From positions 2,590 through 34,589 of the IMG/VR virus record IMGVR_UViG_3300037608_000250: a stretch of DNA of 32,000 nucleotides. One strand, written 5' to 3'. This document shows positions 1 to 8,581 of the stretch, in pieces. Made by a program: the position numbers and the translations under genes. The notes under the pieces are model-generated. The model worked only from the letters and a program-made list of their open reading frames with translations, searched no databases and was not told the DNA's origin. Source of the DNA: a virus. Position 1 is the first letter of the stretch, and every line of letters starts with the position of its first letter.

Positions 1-385
1 CTTTCTTTGTATGGTATCCGCCGGGCACCTGGTCGACAGCACGCTGCAGATCTGCAGCACGTGTATCCGCAACGCGCATCGAATGAAGCACCGTGAGACG
101 ACGCCAAGCTCTGTCGTACTCACCTATCTTGTTGCCGGAGAGTGAGTCTATCTGCGTTCGGATCTCATCCCAGACTTGTTTGAATGTCAGACTGCCATAC
201 TCCTTCTGTTGCTTAAGCTTTGGGATTGCAGTGATCGCCTCTTTCTTGGTCCGGAACACCGAAACAGTCCGGACAAGGCGCTTCCCTTCCGCAGAATATC
301 CCAAGGTCACAGCAGCACGCCATTTACCGTTCGGCAGCTGATAAACACTTCCCTGTCCGTTTCCTCTTGCCTTGTGCTTTCCCAT
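1..385 (-). CDS. int: Phage integrase (tyrosine recombinase), N-terminal ~128 codons; the gene continues beyond the left edge
   Basis: Absent from the ORF track because it has no stop inside the window. Reverse-strand ATG at 385-383 is preceded by a GAGGTGAG SD. Translation MGKHKARGNGQGSVYQLPNGKWRAAVTLGYSAEGKRLVRTVSVFRTKKEAITAIPKLKQQ... is the typical arm-binding N-terminal domain of Gram-positive phage integrases. Confidence 0.8.
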   Translation of the reverse strand, partial: MGKHKARGNGQGSVYQLPNGKWRAAVTLGYSAEGKRLVRTVSVFRTKKEAITAIPKLKQQKEYGSLTFKQVWDEIRTQIDSLSGNKIGEYDRAWRRLTVLHSMRVADTRAADLQRAVDQVPGGYHTKK

Positions 386-406
386 TTCTCTCACCTCAGT
401 ATCATG

Positions 407-646
407 CTAGCGATCGACCGCATTGCGGTCGACGGCACAATCTGGAGAGTGGTGTTGGGAATTGTTCATTTCCTCAAGTTCCCTTTTGACTGTGCTAAAG
501 GCTTTGTTCCTTTCTTCTGCTGACAGGTTCTGATCCACATACAATCTGACCGAGGATTCATTGTACTGGCAATACGCCTTCAATGACAATGGGAGGGCAA
601 CTTCAACCATTTCAATCGTTGCATCTTTCGTCACCGCACGCTTCAT
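407..646 (-). CDS. Hypothetical 79-aa protein immediately upstream of int
   Basis: ORF track. GGGAGG SD (reverse complement of 656-661) lies 9 nt before the ATG. The stop is 22 nt before the int ATG, so the two are probably co-transcribed. No family recognised. Confidence 0.55.
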   Translation of the reverse strand: MKRAVTKDATIEMVEVALPLSLKAYCQYNESSVRLYVDQNLSAEERNKAFSTVKRELEEMNNSQHHSPDCAVDRNAVDR

Positions 647-751
647 TACCCATTACCTCCCTGCTTATATGGGGAACTTATGTTCCCATACTAATACAAG
701 ATTAAGGCAAATGGAAGTGGGCTCAACCGGCATGCGCTGAAAACGGTGCAC

Positions 752-778
752 AAAAAAGCACCATGTTAAACATGGCGC
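752..778 (-). terminator. Rho-independent terminator downstream of the 787..1017 gene
   Basis: On the minus strand: GCGCCATG-TTTAA-CATGGTGC (8-bp stem with one G-U pair) followed by TTTTTT. Confidence 0.6.
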
Positions 779-786
779 TTGAGGAG

Positions 787-1017
787 TCAGAGGGTCGCTA
801 GGACCTCGGCCAAATCAAAATCCATTTTCAATTGCGAGTAGATGCCCGAGGAGAGTCGCTTCCTGAAGCCCAGAAGGACGTATCCGGAGATCTCATCGGT
901 CTCACGGTCGTGCATGACGAAGATGTCTTTCAATGTTTCTTTTGCAATTGTGTTTTTCATGTTCCCTATGTAGAGGATATCGAACCGTCTGTCGTAGTGC
1001 CAATCCCGGAATCCCAT
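787..1017 (-). CDS. Small DUF2283-like protein (hypothetical)
   Basis: GGAG SD 7 nt upstream of the ATG. The pattern WHYDRRFDILYIG...ISGYVLLGF resembles the YD..D.LYI ... G.E.L layout of DUF2283. The overlapping plus-strand ORF 832..1080 has no SD and is Cys/Val-rich. Confidence 0.5.
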   Translation of the reverse strand: MGFRDWHYDRRFDILYIGNMKNTIAKETLKDIFVMHDRETDEISGYVLLGFRKRLSSGIYSQLKMDFDLAEVLATL

Positions 1018-1205
1018 GTTCTTTTCTCCGTGATTTCATTTTTGAATCTCTGTCAGGTGAGTACAAATATACCACTTTAAACTTTGATATGTAATACAAA
1101 CATTTTCATAGCTATATTTATATGGTTCCCATGCACTAATGGTTGTCAATCCTGTGCCTTTGTCGAGAGCGCCCAGACTAACGACGATATCATGTTTTTT
1201 TTGCA

Positions 1206-1235
1206 TTGAGTTACAGTGAATTTTCGCGGTATAAT
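1206..1235 (+). promoter_or_regulatory. Possible sigma-70-type promoter for the mod-res operon
   Basis: TTGAGT (1206-1211), an 18-nt spacer, then TATAAT (1230-1235), about 95 nt upstream of the mod start. Confidence 0.3.
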
Positions 1236-1328
1236 GGGACAGTACATCTGTGCAAATGCTGAATGTGGTTGGCAAGTTACTTGAAATGTTAAATGTCAAT
1301 AATGGGGACATTGCTGACAATTTAGCCG

Positions 1329-2795
1329 ATGAAGATGGGAGATACTTATATGATTAAAGAGATTATTGCCGCCAACGAAAACGTCACGCCCAACAGTCGT
1401 GAGATAGCGGTTTTGAAAGAAAACTTCCCATCCTGCTTTCACATGGACGGTACATTTGATATTGAACGTTTCAAAGAATTTCTGTGTGATAAGGTTTCGG
1501 TCACGGGCGAAGGATACGAATTGAATTTTCTCGGTAAAAATTATGCCCGTCTGCTTGCCTCCGTGGATACAACTACAGTAATTTTACCGGACGAGGAACA
1601 TAACGCCAAGCCGGAGAACGCCGCCAGCGAAAACATCTATATTAGTGGCGATAATTTGGACGGGTTGAAGCATCTTCTTAAATCATACTCAGGAAATGTT
1701 AAATGTATTTACATAGATCCACCGTATAATACTGGTACTGACGGTTTCGTATATAATGACAGCTTCAATTTCACCGTTGAGGAACTGTCCAAAAAACTGA
1801 GCATTGATGAAGAACAGGCAAAGCGCATACTGGATTTGACAAAGCGTGGCTCTGCATCCCATTCTGCATGGTTGATGTTCATGTACTCACGTCTTCAATT
1901 GGCAAGGGATCTATTGAAAAAGGATGGCGTGATTGTTATTGCAATTGATGATAATGAATTCCACTCATTAAAAATGATATGTGATGAAATTTTTGGTGAG
2001 GAAAATTTCATTTCATCTATGGTTTGGTCTGCTGGTCGTAAAAATGATTCTACCTTTATTTCGAATTCTCATGAATATATGCTTTGCTATTTTAGAGATA
2101 AAGCAAAAATGCTGAGCGACAAAGCGGAGTGGAGAACGCGAAAGGAGGGCTTAGATGACATCTATGCTTATTACGACAAGATAAAAAAAGCACACAGCAA
2201 CGATTATGATACTATGCAAGTTAAGTTAAGAGATTGGTATACAAGTCTAGACGATAACATGGCTGCCAAGCGGCATAGTCACTACAAATGTATAAATTCT
2301 GTCGGCATATACTTCTCATCAGATATTTCGTGGCCGGGTGGCGGTGGCCCCAAATATGAAGTTCTGCACCCTGTAACAAAAAGACCTTGCAAAATACCTG
2401 AACGTGGCTGGGTATATCCGACAAAAGAACGAATGCTGGAAGTAATTGAGCAAAATCTTGTCCATTTTGGACCGGATGAAACTACTGTCCCATGTAGCAT
2501 AACTTACCTTAAAGATAATGAATATGAAGTACCATATAGTGTATTTTATAAAGATGGTCGTGCCGCTACTAAAAGACTAAAAAATTTACTTGGTGAGGGC
2601 GTTTTTACTAATCCTAAAGACGAAGAAATCTTGTCAAAACTTATTAGATTTATGACAGATAACAATAGTATTGTTGTTGACTTTTTTTCTGGCTCAGCGT
2701 CAACGGCACACGCAGTATTCTTAGAGAATATTACCCAAAAAGACAGTCACAGAAAATTTATAGTTATTCAGTTACCGGAGAATCTTGATGAATAA
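1329..2795 (+). CDS. mod: Type III restriction-modification Mod subunit (beta-class N6-adenine methyltransferase), first 488 codons, ending at an in-frame TAA
   Basis: Motif IV IYIDPPYNTG lies near the N-terminus and motif I VVDFFSGSASTAHA near the C-terminus, the order typical of Type III Mod. The gene is followed by res. The real start is probably ATG 1350 (GGGAG SD 8 nt upstream). Confidence 0.85.
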   Translation: MKMGDTYMIKEIIAANENVTPNSREIAVLKENFPSCFHMDGTFDIERFKEFLCDKVSVTGEGYELNFLGKNYARLLASVDTTTVILPDEEHNAKPENAASENIYISGDNLDGLKHLLKSYSGNVKCIYIDPPYNTGTDGFVYNDSFNFTVEELSKKLSIDEEQAKRILDLTKRGSASHSAWLMFMYSRLQLARDLLKKDGVIVIAIDDNEFHSLKMICDEIFGEENFISSMVWSAGRKNDSTFISNSHEYMLCYFRDKAKMLSDKAEWRTRKEGLDDIYAYYDKIKKAHSNDYDTMQVKLRDWYTSLDDNMAAKRHSHYKCINSVGIYFSSDISWPGGGGPKYEVLHPVTKRPCKIPERGWVYPTKERMLEVIEQNLVHFGPDETTVPCSITYLKDNEYEVPYSVFYKDGRAATKRLKNLLGEGVFTNPKDEEILSKLIRFMTDNNSIVVDFFSGSASTAHAVFLENITQKDSHRKFIVIQLPENLDE

Positions 2796-2840
2796 TTTAA
2801 TAATTCCACACAAACAGAGCGTACAAATCTTAAAAAGGTA

Positions 2841-3389
2841 TTGGACTTTCTTGACAGAACATCACATCCACACACTTTGGATTGGATTGGAATTGAACGC
2901 TTAGGAAGAGTTCGTAATAACCTCATAATCAATTATCCCAACACCACTGTTGATCTCGGTTTCAAACATTATACACTTGTCGAGCCGTCCGAAAACGCGT
3001 TGGACAAGCTGGAAAAATTCACACCCGATGAAAGTGGTATGTTGATCAAGAATACTGTTCTGGACGATTTCGGCACACCAACCGTCCTTGCTACATGGCT
3101 TGTGCGTGATGGCTACGGATTCACTTCTTCTGTCGAGGAGCTCGACCTCGTGGGATACAAGGGATATTTCATCGGCAAGCACCTGTACCTCATCGACCCA
3201 AATTTGTCACAAGCGGCAATTGAGGCGATCGTCGTGAAATATGAAACTGACGGCAACTTTAACCCGGAGAATGTGGTCCTCTTTGGCTACAGCTTCACAT
3301 GGACGGAAACCGAGCAGCTGCAAACAAACCTGAAACGGCTGAAAGATACGGAGAAGAATCTACGTGTTAATTTCGACATTCGTTATTAA
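2841..3389 (+). CDS. mod: C-terminal ~180 codons of the same Type III Mod, in the same reading frame as 1329..2795
   Basis: 1329 and 2841 are in the same frame, and the only stop between them is TAA 2793-2795. The sequence ...TLDWIGIERLGRV...DLGFKHYTL...VLATWLVRDGYGF... matches the usual Mod C-terminal region that follows the QLPE box. The annotated TTG start has no SD. Confidence 0.7.
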   Translation: MDFLDRTSHPHTLDWIGIERLGRVRNNLIINYPNTTVDLGFKHYTLVEPSENALDKLEKFTPDESGMLIKNTVLDDFGTPTVLATWLVRDGYGFTSSVEELDLVGYKGYFIGKHLYLIDPNLSQAAIEAIVVKYETDGNFNPENVVLFGYSFTWTETEQLQTNLKRLKDTEKNLRVNFDIRY

Positions 3390-3401
3390 GGGGGGGCAAT
3401 T

Positions 3402-6365
3402 ATGGACTTAATTCTTCAGAAAGATTTGCCCCACCAGCAAAAAGCTATTGATGCGGTATGTGCCGCTTTTATCGATGTACCGATTACAGCACCGACTCAA
3501 TTCTATGAAAATCCGCATATCTCACTTACTGACCAACGCCTTACTGCGAATATCAGTGCCCAACAGGAGAGTATTCCCGCTGATTATCGCGGAGGTGCAC
3601 CTATCGGTGACTGTCTCAATCTAGATATTAAAATGGAAACTGGTACGGGCAAGACCTACGTTTACACAAAAGTGATGTTTGAATTGCAAAAGCGTTACGG
3701 CATCAATAAATTCATTATTGCTGTTCCATCACTTGCCATTAAAGCAGGAACAGCGCAGTTTTTACAGGATGAATATGCCAGACGCCATTTTACGGATGGT
3801 TGCGGTTACGGTACTGAAATAGAAGTCGGTTTGCTTGAAGCGCCGAAAAACAAAAGAAAAGGACGTTCCTATTTCCCGAGTGTTGTCAGCGATTTCATCA
3901 AGGGCTCATGCCAGAACTCAAAGAAAATATATGTCATGTTGGTCAATATGCACCTGCTTGTTGTCAGGAAAGACGGAATGCTCAGCCGCGACGATTACGA
4001 TTACGGTGCGGAGGGTTTTTACCGTCCGCTGGACGCGCTGAAAGCTACACGCCCGTTTGTCATAATCGACGAACCTCATCGCTTTTCACGTGACCAGAAG
4101 GCTTTTTCGGTCATCACTGATGAAATAAAACCCCAGTGCATTATACGCTTCGGTGCAACCTTCCCGGAAACGAGCAGCGGGCGTGGCAAGAATAAAATTA
4201 CTGTCAAGGACTACCATAATCTGTTATATGACCTAAACGCCTGTGAAGCATTTAATCAGAACCTTATCAAGGGTGTTGCAAAAGAGCATTTTGAGCCTGT
4301 TTCTAAGAGGGACGAAAAGGTAAAAATCACCTCGATAGCCAGCCGAGATTCCGTTTCGTTTCAATACAAGCGGCGCGATGAAACCACAAAATCCTATACG
4401 CTCAAGACTGATGATTCGCTTTCCATTATCAGCGATGCCTTTGAGGGTATCACCGTCTCCGCTATTGGCACCTCTACCGTGGAGTTTTCCAACGGGATAG
4501 TAAAGACCTCGGGTGAAGAACTGGATGTGGATATCTATATGACGTCCTATCAAGAGCAGATGATACGACTCGCTCTTGAGCGACATTTTGAAACAGAGCG
4601 GGAGAATTTCTGCAATCGAACATTTAAAATAAAAACTCTTGCTTTGTTTTTCATCGATGATATCACCTCCTACCGTCCCGACGCAGAGGGAAAACAACCG
4701 TATCTTCTGTTGGCATTTGAGCGTCTACTCAAAGAGCGAATAGAGGCTGTGATAGCCACATTGGATGAGCATGACAGTGAATACCGAACCTATCTCGAAA
4801 CAAGCATTGCAAACCCATCCGCTTGTCATGCGGGTTATTTTTCGCAAGACAACAACGACTCAGACGAAGAGGTAGCAAAAGAAGTCGATGTGATTCTTCA
4901 CGGCAAAAAGCAGCTTCTTTCATTCAAGTATGCAGATGGCAGCTATAATACGCTCCGTTTTCTGATTTCTAAATGGACACTCAAGGAGGGATGGGACAAT
5001 CCGAATGTATTCACCATCGCAAAACTGCGCTCCAGCGGTAGCGATATCAGCAAGCTTCAGGAGGTCGGACGCGGTCTGCGTCTGCCAGTAGATGAGAACG
5101 GAAACCGCATTTCCAACGAGGAATTCCAACTGAACTACATCGTAGATTTCACCGAAGCGGACTTTGCCATTCGCCTTGTCGAGCAGATAAACGGTGAAAT
5201 TCCGCAATCTTCCTCCATCAGTGAGGAGCGTCTCATACAGGTAGCAAAGAAGCTGGGCATAACCTCAGACGAGTTGTTTGACATACTGTATTCAGAAAAT
5301 CATTATATCGACAGACACTACAATATCAAACTGGAAACAAGAGATGCTTTCTTTGCGGAGTATCCAGACTTTTCTGCTGGACTGTCCACCGGCAAGGTCA
5401 AAGACCGCAATGTTACAAAGCCACAACCCATCAAAATCCGGAAGGCAGTATACAGCGAGATTCGAGAGCTGTGGGAAAAAATCAATCAACGCTATTTGCT
5501 GTTTTACGACGCAGATTTGGATGCTGATATGGACGCTATCGTCTTGTCGCTGCTTGAGCAAAAGGGCGTTTTCAGCGATGTGGTCATGACCAGCACAAGA
5601 GATATCGTCGAAAGCGACGGTTCGCAGATGACCACAGCCACAGGCACTGGTGTTTCATATACGGTAACACGTCCCATCGCCTACAGCGTATTTCTAAAAC
5701 GAATAATGAAAGCAACAAATGTTCCGATAACTGTCCTACATCAAGCCTTGTGCGCATATGCCGAGAAACATGGTACCGTTGAAGCGAAATATATCAACGA
5801 AAGCACCGTCGCAGCATTCTGCTCCGAATTCCAGGCATGGCGAATAAAAAATCTACAAGGACGCTTTCACTATAAAAAGAGCAACGTTCCGATTGGCTCA
5901 ACCGCTTTGACCTATGAGGATGGCAAACCGCGCAAGGATATTGCCCAAGGGCGTATCGGCAAGACATTAGTTCCGGGCGCGCCAAGCAAAAAATATCTGT
6001 ATGATTCCTTTGCCTACGATTCGCCGCTTGAGCAAGAAAACATCCAATCTGATATTTCAACGGTCGTTGTTTATGGTAAAATTCCTCGCTGCAGCATTGC
6101 GATACCGACGATCACAGGTGGGATGTATAGTCCAGATTTCATGTATGTCGTACAGCGAGCGTCTGGCGAAAAGGTGCTCAATATTGTGGTCGAAACAAAA
6201 GATGTGGAAAACAAAGCCGTTTTGCGTGAAGAAGAAATTGCAAAAATTGGCTGTGCCGAGGTATTCTTTGATATGCTCTCAAAAGACGGATATACCGTTT
6301 ATTTCCACAAACAATTGAACAATAAAAAGATGGAACAGATTATCAATGATGTGTTGAGGATCTAA
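3402..6365 (+). CDS. res: Type III restriction enzyme Res subunit (SF2 helicase-like ATPase + PD-(D/E)xK nuclease)
   Basis: Walker A / motif I KMETGTGKTYVY, motif II VIIDEPHRF, C-terminal nuclease SPDFMYVV...NIVVETKD. GGGGGG SD lies upstream, 12 nt after the mod stop. Confidence 0.9.
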   Translation: MDLILQKDLPHQQKAIDAVCAAFIDVPITAPTQFYENPHISLTDQRLTANISAQQESIPADYRGGAPIGDCLNLDIKMETGTGKTYVYTKVMFELQKRYGINKFIIAVPSLAIKAGTAQFLQDEYARRHFTDGCGYGTEIEVGLLEAPKNKRKGRSYFPSVVSDFIKGSCQNSKKIYVMLVNMHLLVVRKDGMLSRDDYDYGAEGFYRPLDALKATRPFVIIDEPHRFSRDQKAFSVITDEIKPQCIIRFGATFPETSSGRGKNKITVKDYHNLLYDLNACEAFNQNLIKGVAKEHFEPVSKRDEKVKITSIASRDSVSFQYKRRDETTKSYTLKTDDSLSIISDAFEGITVSAIGTSTVEFSNGIVKTSGEELDVDIYMTSYQEQMIRLALERHFETERENFCNRTFKIKTLALFFIDDITSYRPDAEGKQPYLLLAFERLLKERIEAVIATLDEHDSEYRTYLETSIANPSACHAGYFSQDNNDSDEEVAKEVDVILHGKKQLLSFKYADGSYNTLRFLISKWTLKEGWDNPNVFTIAKLRSSGSDISKLQEVGRGLRLPVDENGNRISNEEFQLNYIVDFTEADFAIRLVEQINGEIPQSSSISEERLIQVAKKLGITSDELFDILYSENHYIDRHYNIKLETRDAFFAEYPDFSAGLSTGKVKDRNVTKPQPIKIRKAVYSEIRELWEKINQRYLLFYDADLDADMDAIVLSLLEQKGVFSDVVMTSTRDIVESDGSQMTTATGTGVSYTVTRPIAYSVFLKRIMKATNVPITVLHQALCAYAEKHGTVEAKYINESTVAAFCSEFQAWRIKNLQGRFHYKKSNVPIGSTALTYEDGKPRKDIAQGRIGKTLVPGAPSKKYLYDSFAYDSPLEQENIQSDISTVVVYGKIPRCSIAIPTITGGMYSPDFMYVVQRASGEKVLNIVVETKDVENKAVLREEEIAKIGCAEVFFDMLSKDGYTVYFHKQLNNKKMEQIINDVLRI

Positions 6366-6563
6366 ATATCCCGTATTATACGTGTAATGTTAATTATCAA
6401 TAGTGCTAAATATAGACCAACGGCTTTTCGACAGTGCAGAATAATCCGTAGTATAGGGCTTACTGCTGTATCAAAGTCTTTTAACAACTGAAGTACCATG
6501 CATTGTCTAGACAATAATAATGACAGCCCTGGTTTAAACGCGATTTCCCGAGTTAACTAAACT

Positions 6564-7226
6564 CTATCCGATTTCTTTTCGTATTTGTTTTAGAAGTTCA
6601 GTGGCATTCTTGAACACATGCTCAGGAGGGATGTTTGCTGGTGAAGTACTTAAAAGGTCAAGAAAGAAAGTGGTCGCTTTGTCTATAACAAGCTGGCTTG
6701 AGAAGATAGAAAACTCCCCCCACTTTTTTTTAAACATCGACTCAATCTTATCGCGAAGTTCTTTAAATGTTTCTGCATTTTCTATGATAATTCCATGTTC
6801 CGATTTCATATAACCTTGCATAGACCCAACACTATCTAACTTGGATTTAAGATCATTATACTCATCATCACTTAGGTTATCGGTCCGTCTCGCTACTATT
6901 TGATCTAATATTGATTTCACATCATCTACCTTAACTGTAAAACTTGAAAGATCGTGTTTCTTTATTGTTTCATAATACAATAGCGCCTGCGACGCCATTT
7001 CGGCTAATTCTACATAATAAGGCAAGCGCTTATTACGCCTATAATCCTCCTCTCTCTGCTGATATTGTTGTTTAGACAAATACCGATTTGCGAAGTAGGA
7101 AATTGTTCCACCGATGATTGCCCCAAGTAATCCTGCCCCGCCAGTGATCAATGAAGGCCAAAGATATACTGGTTGAGTTGAAGCCTCTTGAATTAATTCT
7201 CTTAGAATTGAAATGACCCCTTTCAA
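6564..7226 (-). CDS. Hypothetical membrane-anchored protein (one N-terminal TM helix plus a helical/coiled cytoplasmic part)
   Basis: 220-aa ORF. Hydrophobic, Gly-rich segment WPSLITGGAGLLGAIIGGTISYF, then a charged helical region. Low GC. The start is uncertain: TTG 7226 has no SD, and an internal AAAGGGG precedes in-frame ATT codons. Confidence 0.55.
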   Translation of the reverse strand: MKGVISILRELIQEASTQPVYLWPSLITGGAGLLGAIIGGTISYFANRYLSKQQYQQREEDYRRNKRLPYYVELAEMASQALLYYETIKKHDLSSFTVKVDDVKSILDQIVARRTDNLSDDEYNDLKSKLDSVGSMQGYMKSEHGIIIENAETFKELRDKIESMFKKKWGEFSIFSSQLVIDKATTFFLDLLSTSPANIPPEHVFKNATELLKQIRKEIG

Positions 7227-7320
7227 TTATGATTTAGCAATCTGAGTGTTTGATGCATCTGAAGGAGTACCTCATTTTTGACGCTTCCGTCAAAAGCATT
7301 TGGAATAGAATCGGAGTATT

Positions 7321-7346
7321 AAAAAAGGACAATTCGTAATTGTCCT
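7321..7346 (-). terminator. Rho-independent terminator of the repressor gene
   Basis: Minus strand: AGGACAATT-ACG-AATTGTCCT followed by TTTTTT. The hairpin begins at the repressor stop codon. Confidence 0.65.
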
Positions 7347-7671
7347 ATTTCTTTTCTTTATCCTTTGTTGCCCGATACACGGCGAGAAACGCCTCGACGG
7401 CTATGCGCTCTTCCTCAGTTGCTGGACCAATCGACCAGTCCTCCCGGATGACAAGTGTGCCTTGTCTCGGGTCTTCTGTTCTTCCAAGTAGATAATCGAC
7501 GGAGACATCAAAGTAATCGGCTAAGAGAGATAGTTTGTCAGCGGATGGCTTGGAACGGCCCATTTTCCATTCGGTGAAGTTGCTGGCAGGAATACCAGCT
7601 CCGTTTGCAACTTCTCTTGCTGTTTTTTTTGATCTCTTTATTAAATCAAAAATCCGCTGAACAACATCCAT
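7345..7671 (-). CDS. XRE-family HTH repressor (CI-like lysogeny repressor)
   Basis: HTH_3 pattern KKTAREVANGAGIPASNFTEWKMGRSKPSADKLSLLADYFDVSVDYLLGR. I prefer ATG 7671 (GGAG SD 8 nt upstream) over the TTG 7677 of the ORF track. It is divergent from a Cro-like gene. Confidence 0.8.
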   Translation of the reverse strand: MDVVQRIFDLIKRSKKTAREVANGAGIPASNFTEWKMGRSKPSADKLSLLADYFDVSVDYLLGRTEDPRQGTLVIREDWSIGPATEEERIAVEAFLAVYRATKDKEKK

Positions 7672-7703
7672 CAACAATACTCCAAATATAATACTTCAGT
7701 ATA

Positions 7704-7738
7704 CAGTTTTCTGTATTTACAAATCCAGAATCCTGTAT
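7704..7738. promoter_or_regulatory. Putative operator pair in the immunity region
   Basis: CAG-N4-CTGTAT occurs twice, 22 nt apart (7704-7716 CAGTTTTCTGTAT and 7726-7738 CAGAATCCTGTAT). The first copy is part of the perfect palindrome ATACAGTTTTCTGTAT (7701-7716). The pair lies about 30 nt upstream of the repressor start. Confidence 0.4.
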
Positions 7739-7808
7739 TATTCTCTTCTTGCACGGCTTTACAAAACACAACCATAAAGTGCCATCACTGCCGTGCAGCA
7801 GGTGGGAA

Positions 7809-7850
7809 GGCGTAAACTGCGACAAATATACCCAATTCGTAGTTTACGCC
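7809..7850. repeat. Perfect 10-bp inverted repeat GGCGTAAACT / AGTTTACGCC with a 22-nt spacer, upstream of the Cro-like gene
   Basis: Read directly from the sequence. It lies 48 nt upstream of ATG 7898. Function (operator or RNA hairpin) is unknown. Confidence 0.6.
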
Positions 7851-7897
7851 AAACGCCTGTGCAGGTCAACAACAACCGTACAGAAGGGAGGAAAGGC

Positions 7898-8098
7898 ATG
7901 TTCGGAGAGAACGTACGCAGGCTCCGCGAAGCCCGCGGCTGGAGCCTGGAGCAGTTTAGCGAGAAATGTGGTGTCAGCTTCAGCATGATTGCACAGGTCG
8001 AGCGCGGCCTCCGTGCACCCAGCCTGAGCCTTGCGGCAATGATTGCCGATGTGCTGGGCGTAACGCTGGATTACCTGCTCAAACACCGCGCGGCCTGA
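7898..8098 (+). CDS. Cro-like XRE-family HTH protein (66 aa)
   Basis: AGGGAGGAAAGG SD directly upstream of ATG 7898. Sequence: MFGENVRRLREARGWSLEQFSEKCGVSFSMIAQVERGLRAPSLSLAAMIADVLGVTLDYLL. The longer ORF-track start at 7793 lacks an SD. Confidence 0.8.
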   Translation: MFGENVRRLREARGWSLEQFSEKCGVSFSMIAQVERGLRAPSLSLAAMIADVLGVTLDYLLKHRAA

Positions 8099-8185
8099 CG
8101 GCTATTACACATTTTATTTAACCGGGAGGCGGTTGCTACGGCACGCACAGGTCATTTACTCAAGGAATCGCGCCAAAGAGTTCAG

Positions 8186-8581
8186 TTGACTCAGGAAGCG
8201 GCGGCGCAGCGGCTGCCGATCGATGTCCGCACGCTGCAAAGGTACGAGCAGAACGAGCTGGAATGCCCGGCTTCGATGTACCCGATCATCGCCAAGGAGT
8301 ACGGCGACAGGAAGCTTCTTTTCAGGGCGTTGCAGAGCTTCGTGGTCTGGAAGGAATTGCTGCCGGAAGCCAACAGTATTCCGCTGACACAGGCGGCGTG
8401 CGCGTTGCTGGACTCGGTCATCGAGATCGGCAAGTACCAGCAGGAGATTCTCAAGATCGTGTCGGACGGAAGAGTGCTCACCCCTGAGCTCTATGCATGG
8501 GCAAAGGTAACGGAAACAGTCAAGAAGCTTATATGCTCCGGCGTTCAGCTGCTGGAGGCAACGGAAGGAGGAGAAAGATGA
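8186..8581 (+). CDS. XRE-type HTH domain protein with unresolved N-terminus
   Basis: TQEAAAQRLPIDVRTLQRYEQNE forms helices 2-3 of an HTH_3 domain. Helix 1 (GHLLKESRQRVQL) is encoded upstream of the first canonical start codon, in the frame that continues from the Cro-like stop (see findings). Confidence 0.6.
   Translation: MTQEAAAQRLPIDVRTLQRYEQNELECPASMYPIIAKEYGDRKLLFRALQSFVVWKELLPEANSIPLTQAACALLDSVIEIGKYQQEILKIVSDGRVLTPELYAWAKVTETVKKLICSGVQLLEATEGGER

Noticed and set aside
93-523. Plus-strand ORFs 93..341 and 176..523.
   Set aside because: They lie antisense to the clearly integrase-like minus-strand reading frame (1..385) and to the 79-aa gene. They have no SD.
6366-6491. 42 stop-free codons in frame after the res TAA in AT-rich DNA.
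   Set aside because: The translated sequence (ISRIIRVMLIINSAKY...) is not protein-like and Res already ends with a normal C-terminus. By my rough estimate, an open stretch of this length happens by chance a few percent of the time.
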